DNA from: Trichoplax sp. H2
Lineage: Eukaryota
Direction: 5' to 3'
Assembly: GCA_003344405.1 (NCBI GenBank)
Contig: NOWV01000112.1
Span: forward strand, 62,001-126,000
DNA length: 64,000 nt
The notes under the pieces were generated by a model that was not told the DNA's origin, did no database searches, and worked only from the letters and a program-made list of their open reading frames with translations. Positions 11,953 to 24,325 of this stretch are shown here, in pieces. Position 1 is the first letter of the stretch; every line of letters starts with the position of its first letter. A program made the translations under genes and the position numbers.

Positions 11953-13002
11953 TTATGTGAAGGAACCAAAAAGGCTTGGGCACTGATTGTAATAGGATGG
12001 GCAACCTTTGTCCGGTATGCCAATCGCCGATGAGATGCTAATTTTCTTGGCATGGACTGATTTGCATTTAGCTTTCATCTTTTTATATTCTTCCGGTGAG
12101 CAGACTTTAACCAGTCTTTCCCACAACTACGTAGAAGAAGAAGAGAATCATATGAATATATTTTCGACAGGGCTTAATAAATAATTCGATATGCAATAGT
12201 AAGTAAATTGGTAATTTCATGTATAACTGGGATGGTAGTTTTCGAACTATGCACTACAGGAATCTCTTTAAGATACGAATATCAAGTATTGTAATCTTTA
12301 TATTAATCATAATATTATTATAAATTGCAAGTGGCAAACTTCATTCTCTATCTTGTATAACAGTGTTATAGATGACATTATGCTTAAGGCACTTCTATTT
12401 TGTGGATACTATAAGGTAACGCTAGTTTCTTGTATTAATAAGTTTGCATGACAAAATAGGATAATCATCTACTGGATGTACTATCTTACAATTTTCTTAA
12501 AAGCTTTCTTTTTCTTTTCTGCCCCATTCTCGTTTTCGTCATCACTATCGTCATCATATCCTCTAACGTAGATCTCTCCGTTTTTACAGTATTCACCACC
12601 TCCATTTATTTGTCTACAAATTTTGGACGGCTTTTTGCAAAGTAAGTATGATTCCTTAACATCAACAGTTTCGATAGGACATTCTTTCAGCTGTCCTTCC
12701 TCATCGTAATGATCAGGGCTATAAGTATCTGTCACTGATGCTTGCCTAGCGAAACAGACACTTTTCTTTTCAGTCATTTTTTCTCCGCATGCTTCGAGGC
12801 AAGCTTTCTTTCTCAAGCAGGAAGATTTCAAAATGCTTTTTACCATTGCTTTATCCGTGTCAAGGCTGTTACATCTGACCAAATTTAACTTTGAGGCGGA
12901 CAATCCGCAATCCTTTTGTTGTCCCTCTTCTTTGGATTCTGAAAACGACTGCGAAGAACGCTGACGTTGATTCAGGTTGCGAAACATTTCACAAGGATCC
13001 AT
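11953..13002 (-). CDS. Two-exon orphan protein (228 aa) with PP1-docking motifs (SILK, RVxF, DTYS..YD)
   Basis: Exon 1 is 13002-12490 and ends AFKKI|GTAAGA. A pyrimidine-rich acceptor (TTCTTCTTCTACGTAG) opens exon 2, 12126-11953, in frame: LWERLVKVCSPEEYKKMKAK...SLFGSFT*. Contains KSILK and KSVCFARQASVTDTYSPDHYD. Confidence 0.75.
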
Positions 13003-15782
13003 GGTGTTTTGATATTATCAAACTCTTCTTTTCAATTATTCAGAAGGTTCTTGCAATGATCTATACGAAAGTAAAATAATACTAATTAGCAGCTGAAGGT
13101 AAAATATCCTTTGGAATAATGATATCATCATAAAACAATTATATTATTATTTGTTACAGTTTAAAATTATTTCATGATCATTTCCTTCAATTCTTGGAAG
13201 CTTTACTTTCTATGTGAAATATACCGTGTTTACATTACAGTTGTATTCTTCCAGCAGTATAGGAATTAGATTTGTTATTGTCTGTATGGCTTCAAAGCAT
13301 AAACATACACTGCAATTATGAATTGATTCATGACAGCATGATAAAAGGTGATGTTTACTGCATATGATAGTGCTCGTATCGCATAAACATTAACATGTAC
13401 AAGTAGCATAGATACTGTTACTTTTATCTTCATCTCAATGTTATTAGTAGAAATTTGTTGACGAAGAAGTTTGTTGGCCAAAATACAGTGATGCTGTCGT
13501 CAATGATAGATAAATAATAATGAACTTACTGTAGGATCAAAATATACTATTTTGTTACTTTATCTTTTCTTAGTTTAGCATTCCATGATACAATAATCAT
13601 TTACAACATTAGCATCGCCAGCATCGCTCTAGATCTGGATCTGTAGCACGCACGAAACATTGCTAAATCAGAGTTCTTATACGTATACAGACAATGTGAG
13701 AACAGATACAGAAGAAACGTTCGATTTACAAGTAAAATGGTACAGTTCTGTTAGTCAAGGTTCGATATTCTAGTATGCTGAAATCTTGACCGTGGTGTCA
13801 TTGCTGTCTGTGCACTTTTATCCTAAGCAATATGTTGCAGGTCAATTTGTTAAGGAATAATAAAATGCCATATACTGCGATCTCTAACTTTCATCGAGTG
13901 ATGATCAAATTATTGTAATGTTATAGCATCACGGAACTTTATCATAAAGCAAAGATTGTTATGTATCATTAGTATTATTGGAGGGTACATACGTTATAAA
14001 TAAATAAATTAATTGGCATATTTAAGATAAAGGGGAAGTAAAACGTCAAGGATGTAATTTAAGATCAGGGCGAAGATTACGCTTCTTAAAAAGAGATTTT
14101 AAAGGCGTGAATATGCTTAGACGTCTTTATGCTTCTTGTTGATAGTTATAAGACCGTGCATTTTAGCGGAATAAGTAATACGGAATGACTATATCGTTGG
14201 CTAAAATAACAATAATTTATTAGAAGTTAGGGTGGGGAATTTTAAAATTGTTCATTTTCGCCATGAATCAGAGAAGAACAATCATCATGGGTAATCTTCG
14301 TTGGGTGTTGAACTATCTACATCAACAACATATCAACAGTCTTTATTGGTGGATCAATGCTATTATCATGTTACGTGAAATACTATTTAATCGGTGCGTT
14401 ATAAAATTTTAAATTATGATAAGATTGGCATTGCCCTACGGTATATGGAGTGGGTCATTTTTGCCTTAAATTATATAAATTGTTATTCGTTAACAAATGT
14501 TACTAAAGGGATGATTAAGATGAAAGTGTATTGTCGTCCACTTGTAGTTGAAAGGGTTTTGACGGTACATTTTGCGCACATAAACAAATCTTTGTAGTTC
14601 AAAGGATTTGATGGTACATTTTATGTAGATTAATAAATCAATTTGTTTGCCTAATGACGGGACGCGAGATACAGTGGGTCATCAAGAAAAAGATACTACA
14701 AGTACAATTGCAACCAAATTGCATCGGAATTTTCTTTCGTTAAGAAATACTGTAGCGTACAAATTCTTCTTCTTCTTATTAAACTATTTATCCAGACATT
14801 GTAGTGGATTATTTTGGATGGATAAATTACAAGTACTCCCGGTTTAAACTATCGTAATGGATCAGAGCTGCAAGAAAAAACATAAAGGGATCAAAGAGTA
14901 ATCGTATTTATTCAGTGTTGTTGTCTAGAAGTTATTAACTATTATTATTATTACCGTATCAATCAATTTCGATCATGCTCCAATGATTGAGCATTATGAA
15001 TGTATCTAAATAGAAGCTATTGGCTGGTTAATTCGATCATGTAATTTATAACTTGGTGGTTCTAGTGTTAAGTTATTGATTTCGTAGACAGGGACTAAAG
15101 TTAGTTCTATTTATTGGAGTTGCGAGTGCTTTACAATACTTGGTGTAGATGATGTTGTTCCAGGTTTCAAGCGACGCTGTTCTTTTAAAAGGAATTTAGG
15201 CCAGTTGATATAGTAAGTAATGTTGCCACTAGAGTAGTGTCGTATTATACCTACAGTATGCATAGTGGAGATTGATGAACATGTCCCTCATTACGATGGA
15301 AGTCCGTAGAGTAGACAATTTGGATCGATGAACACATTATCCATCGAAAATGCTTTGATTAGGGCTTATCTTATTGACTTCTGTTTATCAAAATAAATTA
15401 CTACTGAGCGGAACAATTTTATCCATTTCCCAAGTGAGTGGAGTCATAGCTAAGATCGGATCATGACTAGAAAATAGTTATTGATGTTCGTTTAGTATGA
15501 TAACATTACCGATGCACTTTTTTTTTGTTTTGCTATTTCGCGGTCAAGTTAATTATTACTGTACTGTATAATTATGCCGTTAAAGATTCATTACTATCAA
15601 CAAGGAAGCGACTTTAATCATGAAATACTGTAGGTAGAAATGAGATACAAATTGTTATGACAGGAGAATATGACTATTTTATCGTACATGCTTACGGATG
15701 AAAGGTAACAGTTAGTAGCATCTAGCGTTGTAGGAAAGAACAACTTCAAGAATTTTGACAACGATGATCTGTAATTATCAGA

Positions 15783-16350
15783 GCTTGATATCCGTGTTAT
15801 CGACTATTTTAGCACATTTCCTTTATCTATCGTAGAAGGTTATTGATTAACAGTTTATTCATCGCGTACGGGCCTAAGATTATCTAAATTCAGATGTAGT
15901 CGATTGGCGATACATGAAGTTACTACTATTGTACTTTAGTGCACATAACATTAACGTCATTAATGATCAGTGCTTGATATCCATGTTATCGACTATTTTA
16001 GCACATTTCCTTTTATCTATCGTAGAAGGTTATTGATTAACAGTTTATTCATCGCGCACAAGCCTAAGATTATCCAAATTCAGATGTAGTCGATTGGCGA
16101 TACATGAAGTTACTACTATTGTACTTTAGTGCACATAACATTAACGTCATTAATGATCAGTGCTTGATATCCATGTTATCGACTATTTTAGCACATTTCC
16201 TTTATCTATCGTAGAAGGGTTATTGACATTCCATCGTTTGCCGATCCATGGAGTTACTATTCTACAGCAGTTTAGTGCACATCATGTTAAAGTAATGATC
16301 AGTGCTTGATATCCTTGTGATCGATCATTTTGGCACATTTCCTTGATCGA
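15783..16350. repeat. Tandem repeat, ~189-190 bp unit, two near-identical copies plus diverged partial copies
   Basis: GCTTGATATCC.TG recurs at 15783, 15972, 16162 and 16304. Confidence 0.92.
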
Positions 16351-17662
16351 TGATGGAAAGGTTCTTCACAGTCGATCCATTGCCGTAACGGTCTAAGATA
16401 AACTATCAAGGTCACCGAGCACAACAGCGGCAGTGGAAACGACATCACCCTGCGGTATGGGCGCGTTTAAATAGGATCTCCATCACGTATGGCAAAATAT
16501 GTCGGCATGCTGGAAGTCATTTTCTGGGTGGTTATTGTCATACAGTAGTATCGTTAACGAGCGCATTAGGGAGTGTTATAACTCGGTCTTCCTTCTTGGA
16601 CTACTGTAATCTTGGAGATAAATTAGTTAGACTAATCGCGACCCCCCCCCCAAAAAAAGGGAAAAAAACAAAAAGATTCCACGATAAAGATACTCATGCT
16701 CCTGTTGGCCTTGATTGATTGAACACTATGTTGCAGGCTACATCTAGAGTATAAAAGCTGCAAATTGATATTGAGTATGGGTGGTTTAGGGACATACTGC
16801 AAGATGGGACATTAAGTAAACAGTAGGGATGTTTACGTCCTTGCAGATAATGCATTGGAGTAGGATTTGGGTGCGCGATAAGGTGAAAATGGTGTCCAAA
16901 AGAGCGGTTGTCATTGTCGGCGAATGTACTTTTAAGGCTATCTGTTATCCTATGACAGGAAAAGGAAAACTAAGATCTGTTCTTACCGATCTACTTTCTC
17001 CACGATCAGCCAACTTAATCGCTTTTGCGGTCACGTATCGATTTCTATCGACCAAATGCTTTTTCGATGCGCCTATTGTTGTTGTTGTTGTTGGCGAAAA
17101 AATACATGGAAACGATCTTCTCTTTTTTACCTCGTTAAGGTGAAGAAAGAAAAGTTGAAGGAAGCAATACGATAGCGAGTACAGTAGACTGCTATGTCCA
17201 ATGATGTCTTATAAACCGTTTTCACTTTCTTAATCAGAATAAAACTGTCCCAGATTCAACTAATAGAGTCAAGAAACAGCCCAATGATGGCAAAAAGGGA
17301 ACCTCCTTGTACGCTCTGTTTTAATGTAGACTGACCCCTCAGGTCACGCACTACTCGAAATTTCTATACTCAACACTGGCTGGACAGCATAGTACAGACG
17401 GACAGGATGGACAGCAGTGTCACGTTAGCGGATAACCCGAACTGTCGAGTCACTCTAGTCTACTGTACTGTGTACGTGACTGACTGACTTGATCACTCTC
17501 ATCTCGTGCTAATATGCTGCCAAACACCTGATTTTGACAGTACTTTAGTATGGAGACGATCCATTTCAAATGGACTCATTTTTGGGGTCAATTAAGTGAT
17601 CCTATTACATTGAATCTTATTATCGGTTACTAAGTTCTGCTTGGGAACAGGCATCCTATCGG

Positions 17663-18860
17663 ATATATGGCGCAAATGCATTTCAATAACAGTTCTGTAA
17701 GATCGCCGATATTATTTCAATTAGTACCAATGATTTGGAAAATAGACACGGAAGCTGCATACAAAGTCATCATGCCAATGATTTCCACAGCCTCATTATA
17801 CGCATCCGTCTGTCTGGGTTAACCATGGACCTCTAGAATCCGCGTTGTACAAGTCCGTCCGTCCACGCGATTGATGGTTTGATTGGTGAATGGTGATGCT
17901 TGGGGAAGAAAAGTCCGTCTGTCTGGTCTTCTTCTAGCGGTCCATAGTTGAACCATGGATCTCCAGAATCCGCATTGTACACGTCCATCCGTCCATGCGC
18001 GATGGATGGTCTGATCTGTGGACCAGCTTAGAAAATGATAATCATATATGGCGCAAATACATTTCAACTACAGTTCTGTAAGATCGTCGATATTACTTCA
18101 ATTAGTACCAGTGATTTGGAAAATAGGCACGGAAGCTGCATACGAAGTCATCATGTGAATGATTTCCACAACCTCATTGAGGAAGGAAAGTCCGTCTGTC
18201 TGGTCTTCTTCTAACAGTCCATGGTTTAACCATGGATCTCCAGAATCCGCATTGTGCACGTCCATCCGTCCATGCGCGATGGATGGTCTGATCTGTGGAC
18301 CAGCTTAGAACATGATAATCATATATGGCGCAAATACATTTCAACAACAGTTCTGTAAGATCGTCGATATTACTTCAATTAGTACCAGTGATTAGGAAAA
18401 TAGACACGGAAGCTGCATACGAAGTCATCATGTGAATGATTTCCACAACCTCATTGAGGAAGAAAAGTCCGTCTGTCTGGTCTTCTTCTAAAACAGTCCA
18501 TGGTTTAACCATGGATCTCCAGAATCCGCATTGTACACGTCCATCCGTCCATGCGCGATGGATGGTCTGATCTGTGGACCAGCTTAGAAAATGATAATCA
18601 TATATGGCGCAAATAAATTTCAACAACAGTTCTGTAAGATCGTCGATATTACTTCAATTAGTACCAGTGATTTGGAAAATAGACACGGAAGCTGTATACG
18701 AAGTCATCATGCCAATGATTTCCACCACAGCCTCATTGAGGAAGAAAAGTCCGTCTGTCTGGTTTTCTTCTAGCAGTCCATAGTTGAACAATGGCGCATT
18801 GTACACGTCCATCCGTCCATGCGATGGATGGTCTGATCTGTGGACCAGCATAAAAAATGA
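17663..18860. repeat. Tandem satellite-like repeat, ~278 bp unit, about 4 copies, with an internal hairpin
   Basis: ATATATGGCGCAAAT at 17663, 18044, 18321 and 18600. Units contain CCATCCGTCCATGCGCGATGGATGG. Confidence 0.95.
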
Positions 18861-19255
18861 TGATGGCAGGATGTTGATGGCACAAAATGGAGCAGCATAC
18901 TAGCAGCTAAGTTGGTTCTATTAGGATATGAGTAGCAGTCTACACAGTACAGTATAGTACACCCCGCTGCAGACATGGACCATCATTGAAATGACCAGTA
19001 AAATCATCAGCCTCCACGCTTTTAGAATCGTAAATTAGCGTTTCCGGTCGCTCTCTTTCTCTTGCTGACCATCGTCGATGATCTGCACTGCGCAGTACAG
19101 TACAGGATGTCAGATAGACTTCTACAGATTGGTATACTGTACTCTACAGTGTGCGATAGGCATACTGGACTGTACTGGACTACACGCTGACTGGATAGTT
19201 CACTCAAAAAGTCCAAACACTTCCACGTAGTAGCTAATTCGAAAATTTTGCTATC

Positions 19256-22200
19256 ATGGGCTTATGCAAATGTCCGAAGAGGAAAGTCACCAATTTATTT
19301 TGTTTCGAACATCGTGTCAACGTTTGTGATCATTGCTTAGCTATAGATCACTACGCTGTAAGTTATGATTAGACCTTTGATAGCTCTATTGTAATCAAAT
19401 ACTCCATTTTGCTATCCTTGATGTAGAGTAAAATAGAGCCAATAGCAGATTGTCTGTGCAATGCCAGACAAGAAGCGATCCAAATCGAGGAGGACTTTAT
19501 ACATTGTGTTATCATTAGCCTTGATGACCAAGGGTAGACAAGCTTGTCCTTGATAATTGGCAATGAATTGCTTGGTCTACCCATTTTGACTACTGTATCT
19601 CCTTCCTCCTCTTTCCATCGTTAAAAGACGAGTACAATCGAGTTTCATGGATAGTCGACGATAGTGAATACCATAGCGTCCAGTACAGTAGATTTGGGTG
19701 AATATTGGCGTTGATGGATTAATATTCTTACATTATATACCAAGATATTTCTTGAGTCTTTCTAAAAGACGTTGAACAATCTTGCATAGGCAGTCAGTAG
19801 TCAGTACTTGTGTACAACTACATGCGTATCATGATCCACCAATTCCTCATTATTGAACTCAATCCCTCCCCAATTTCTCTTCGACTGTAGCAGCAAAAAG
19901 TCGTAGAGTGAGCGATAGGAGCAGAATGGTATAGCGTACAGTAGACGTATTTCAATGAACTCGATATACATCAGAAGAAGTCAATACTGGAAAGGCTACA
20001 AAGCACTACAGTACTGACTATCGATGATAAAATAAATACTACACTTACAACTTATTGACATTCTACGGCTATTCAATTTATGCAGTCGTCAAGATTGCAC
20101 AAACAATAACATTCATCGCCATTATGGGCAATCATCGGATGATGACCGATCCATTGGCAGTCGATTGGTAAAATACCCGTACAGCAGTGTTTTCCGTCTT
20201 CCTTCTTATTCACTCCCAGATCCAAAATCAAGTCAACTCTCCCAATCCGACTCGATACGATCGCAAAATACGGCCGTACAGTAGCCATTACAGATAGCAT
20301 CTTGATCGCTTCATACTTTCCAGTATACTGATGGATCTGGTTAGCAATATCATGAAATGTTGCATCGCATCTACTTACCCTTTTATATGACGTTCAATAG
20401 TAAAAGTACCTGCCCTTCTTATAGCTAACGATCAGTTGCAATCAGGCCAACAATCTAAGCAATGCACGAATCAATCAGTCTTCTAGTTATTACGTTACGT
20501 GTTTACTACGTTTATTAATGCATATTTGCTACAAAATTAGTTAGAAGTGGATTATCGATATCAATCTCATTATTTCATTATGAACGATAGTTTTACATAT
20601 GCATTGAAGGTAGCAAAGATTCGCTTGCGTGATACATAATATTGCCTATGTAGTATGCATTGAAGGTAGCAAAGACTCGCTTGCGTGATACATAATATGC
20701 CTATGTAGTATCAAAGATAACTAATCATTTTCGTCCATGGACAATTTTTTTAATATTAGTGTGCGGTTAAATCGTATCTCAACTGGTTACAAGATAGCGA
20801 CTATGATACCAACTGTGGATATTGCAAGAAGAATCTACATGGGAATGGTGAAGTTGTGAGATTACTATGCTTAGGTAACTGTTTTCATCTCCGCTACAAC
20901 TCGTTGAATTACTGCATTTGGTTATACTGCTTTGTAGAATTGACAGAGTAAAAGCAATATAGGCTTGATTGACCTTAATAGACGCCTACATTCTTATTCA
21001 GTAATTTGCTAGTAGCAAATCTTGATCATATTTTGCATTACATAATGCTTATTTTTGATATACTGCATAATGTAGACTGCAGATGCTACATATCTTATTC
21101 AATGATGATTTAATATTAATGAAATTCTTGTCTATTTCAGATATCTTTCATTTAGAATGTTTGAGTAACTATGGCATTAATGGCCATTTTGATCAAAATA
21201 ATTTACAAGATTTTAAATGCCCACAGTGCGATGTAAGTAGGTATAGCATAACGCTATGTACCTGTAGTATCGTTTTGAATTGCTATTAAGCATGCTTTAT
21301 ATAGTATCTTGGAATAATTAATAGAAGGCAAATGTGTAGCGGTTGTTGGTAACATCAACACTTTTACTTTGCAAAGTAAAATATAGTCTAACTCTCTATA
21401 AACCTTACCTGATACAGTATACTGGGAACGTATATAATTAATAAGTATAACTCGAATACATTGATCAAACCGTAGCTTTCGAATGCAAAGTAGAAAATTA
21501 AAAATTTTTTATCTTTTGTTATGAATATAACGAACTGAATTTAATTTAAATCTTAGACCTAAGTATGATCGTTGTGAGATTAAAACTATGCACTACCTGT
21601 TATACACTTTGATTATAGCATTCAGTAGTTTCAAACGACTGGGTACTGTTCTTATAATGTATTCACCATCGGATCGGACGATTGACGATATACATTAATA
21701 TACTAGTAATCATCATTGTTTATCATTTTTTGCCTATTGCTTGTACATTTAAATTGTTGGTTTGAATCAATAATTATAATAGATTGTTTCCAAGTTGATT
21801 ATCCTATAAGTAAGATTTAATAATATTATGAGGATTATCCCAATGGTAATAGACACACTGTCCTTGTACAAATATTATATGTCATCATTTACAAATTTAG
21901 GCCAAAATCATCCAAAATGATCGGTTAAATTCAATACTTGGACAAAAATTAACGGAAAAAATTGCGAAATCTTCTTGGGGCAAATTAATTGGCATTTTTG
22001 GTGACAATGGCACATCAAAAAAAGAAACAGTAAATTTAAATGTTCGTTCTGATTTTCGACACAAAAGTTGTAATTTATTTTAGTAGTGTTAGATTTGTTA
22101 TTTTGCATGTGTTCTTATATTATAATATTAATTTTGTAGGCTTCTGATAGTAAGGTATTAGAGGTACAGAAAATGAATAAAGAAGAGGGGGAACCGAAGG

Positions 22201-23141
22201 ATGTATCGAAAAGCATGATTGTACAAACAACTGGTAACCACAGTCCAGTTGCAAATCCTATCGGTAAATTAATGTTCCACTATATAGACTTGTCTAGAAG
22301 AAACATGGTTACGCAAGCTTAAGCTAGAAATAATGTCTTTTACTGCAATTTACTAGCTTATTCTGCACAAGCGATGAAAATTGAAGAACCATCTGATGCC
22401 TCTAATTCAAAATCGAATCAAGTACAATTTTCTTCACCAAATTTGTCATCAAATCTGCCACCAAATCCGTTGCAGTTTTCATCAGTAGCGCAAATGGAAC
22501 CTGACGACGCACGAACGAAATTGGTGACTTCGACTGTTGAGAAGTTACGGAACAATCCTGAGACTGATTCTCTAAATGAAATTCATCAATCATTGCCTCA
22601 ATTTTTTCCGATGGCCGTTGATGTTGCTTCAGGTGCGATTACATGTTATTAAAATGCTAACGAGTTTACGGAGATAAATTATGGCTATTTTTTGTTTTTG
22701 ATACCCGTATGTGCTCGGAATACTTTTCAGTTCAAACATCTAGAAAATTTAGTCGAGATCAAAAAAGTAGGGATTCTTATAAGGTAGATATGCCTGCAGA
22801 TGATCCAGATGATCCAGATGAACATAAGTATAAGAGGCGAAGCCCATTTGTTTGGCTATCAAGGCTAATAAAGTTAGTGTAATCAGAATTCTTGCTGTAA
22901 AGATTTTATTAGGTGTAGTGATGTATTTCCTAAGGATCTTTCAACAATCGTTGACGTTATTATAATTATTCATAGGACACAACGATCTCAAGTAACCTTA
23001 TTGCCTGGCGATGTTCGCAAAATTAGAAAATACTGTATGGCATTTTTAGTGATATTCATCTTCATTATGATAGTATATGTAGCTTCAACACGTACTATTG
23101 ATGAGGATCCATTTGCTATACAAAAACAGGGACAACTTTAG
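19256..23141 (+). CDS. ZFPL1: Zinc finger protein-like 1 (cis-Golgi B-box/RING-like protein with C-terminal TM helix), 8 exons
   Basis: Exons 19256-19357 ([27 protein letters not shown]), 20760-20874 ([19 protein letters not shown]), 21141-21232 ([14 protein letters not shown]), 21901-22029, 22140-22263, ~22358-22632, 22731-~22872 ([17 protein letters not shown]) and ~22976-23141 (TM helix, DEDPF, TAG). All junctions are GT-AG. Confidence 0.95.
20598..20710. repeat. Tandem duplication of ~55 bp within ZFPL1 intron 1
   Basis: TATGCATTGAAGGTAGCAAAGA(T/C)TCGCTTGCGTGATACATAATAT(T)GCCTATGTAG occurs twice. Confidence 0.9.
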
Positions 23142-24325
23142 CATGATTTGAGATATCATTAATATTAGCCAATATTAGAATTTAATGGAATGAACCCATT
23201 ATAACGATATCGTGCAATTATTAATACTACAAAATGAATCTGTATTTATAAGATTTTTCTGCAAGATCATTTTCTGAATTCGATGAAAGTTACGATGATT
23301 CTAATTTTTAGATATTTCCTTAAAATATAGATGTTACTAAAATTTCTAGTTGCCGTTTGAACGGTGGCTTTTTATTATTATACTGTATATAAGTACGTAT
23401 GTATTGTTGATTTTAGTGATTAGTCAATAAGATAATCGTATATGAAGCGTGTTATGCTATGCTTTGATTAAATTTTCAAAAAATGTGTGATAGTAGCTGT
23501 GTTCGGGTTATAAAATGACCACAGCACACCTATATAATATTATGAGAGGTGATGGTACTAAATCGTTGCATCCACTACTGATGTTGGCGTTTGTATTATA
23601 TTATTCTTTATCTTCTAAATTTTTTAAATTATGCTAAGGTGGAAATGTCTTGAGTTGGTTGCTGTTGATATATAAAATAATATCACTCGTACGAGTATAT
23701 GTATATAGATATTATATATTTGTATAATGTACGTGGCGCTTTTTAAAATATCCATTGTATGAAAATTGCTAACCTGTCGATGAAGGATTAGAAATTTTCT
23801 TTTGATTTAATAGTAAGATTATGGACGAAATTATACAAGCATATATGATAATAACTATCTGCGGACGTTAGTTTTTATTGTGTTGTAATAAAGTAATTAA
23901 ATTACAAAACATCTATAATGTGTAGCTACTACATCAGTCCGGCTACTATTTGGTATCTATCCTTGACGACATGATCAGTCGTTTGCAGCATTTACATTAT
24001 CATTTACAACAAGCTATATGACTAAACAATACTATAACATTTTTACTTTGATACGGTTTATACACTGATAGAAATATCTGAGAACATATTTATACCCATT
24101 TTACATAAGCTGGTTATAGCAAGGCGTTCTAGTATGATCGGTGCAATAGAAATGAGCAAATTTAAAATTTTACTGCTTATTGTACAATAAAGATGTATAT
24201 TTTCAAAATATGGCTAATTCCATAAATAGGTACATTTATAAAACGATAAGTTAAAAGCACACAAAAATAATTAAATTTGTTTCCGTCTACAAATAGTTTT
24301 ATATATAATACATTAACTTTCTTTT

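Noticed and set aside
15783-17143. Possible decayed gene in and after the 189-bp repeat, including ORF 16829-17143
   Set aside because: No frame gave a recognisable protein motif or consistent exon structure.
17819-18976. Repeated short ORFs in the 278-bp array
   Set aside because: The unit length is not a constant multiple of 3, frames break, and there is no recognisable protein similarity.
21783-21810. Possible micro-exon in ZFPL1 (AG...GTAAGA)
   Set aside because: It introduces an in-frame stop, and exons 3 and 4 already join in frame.
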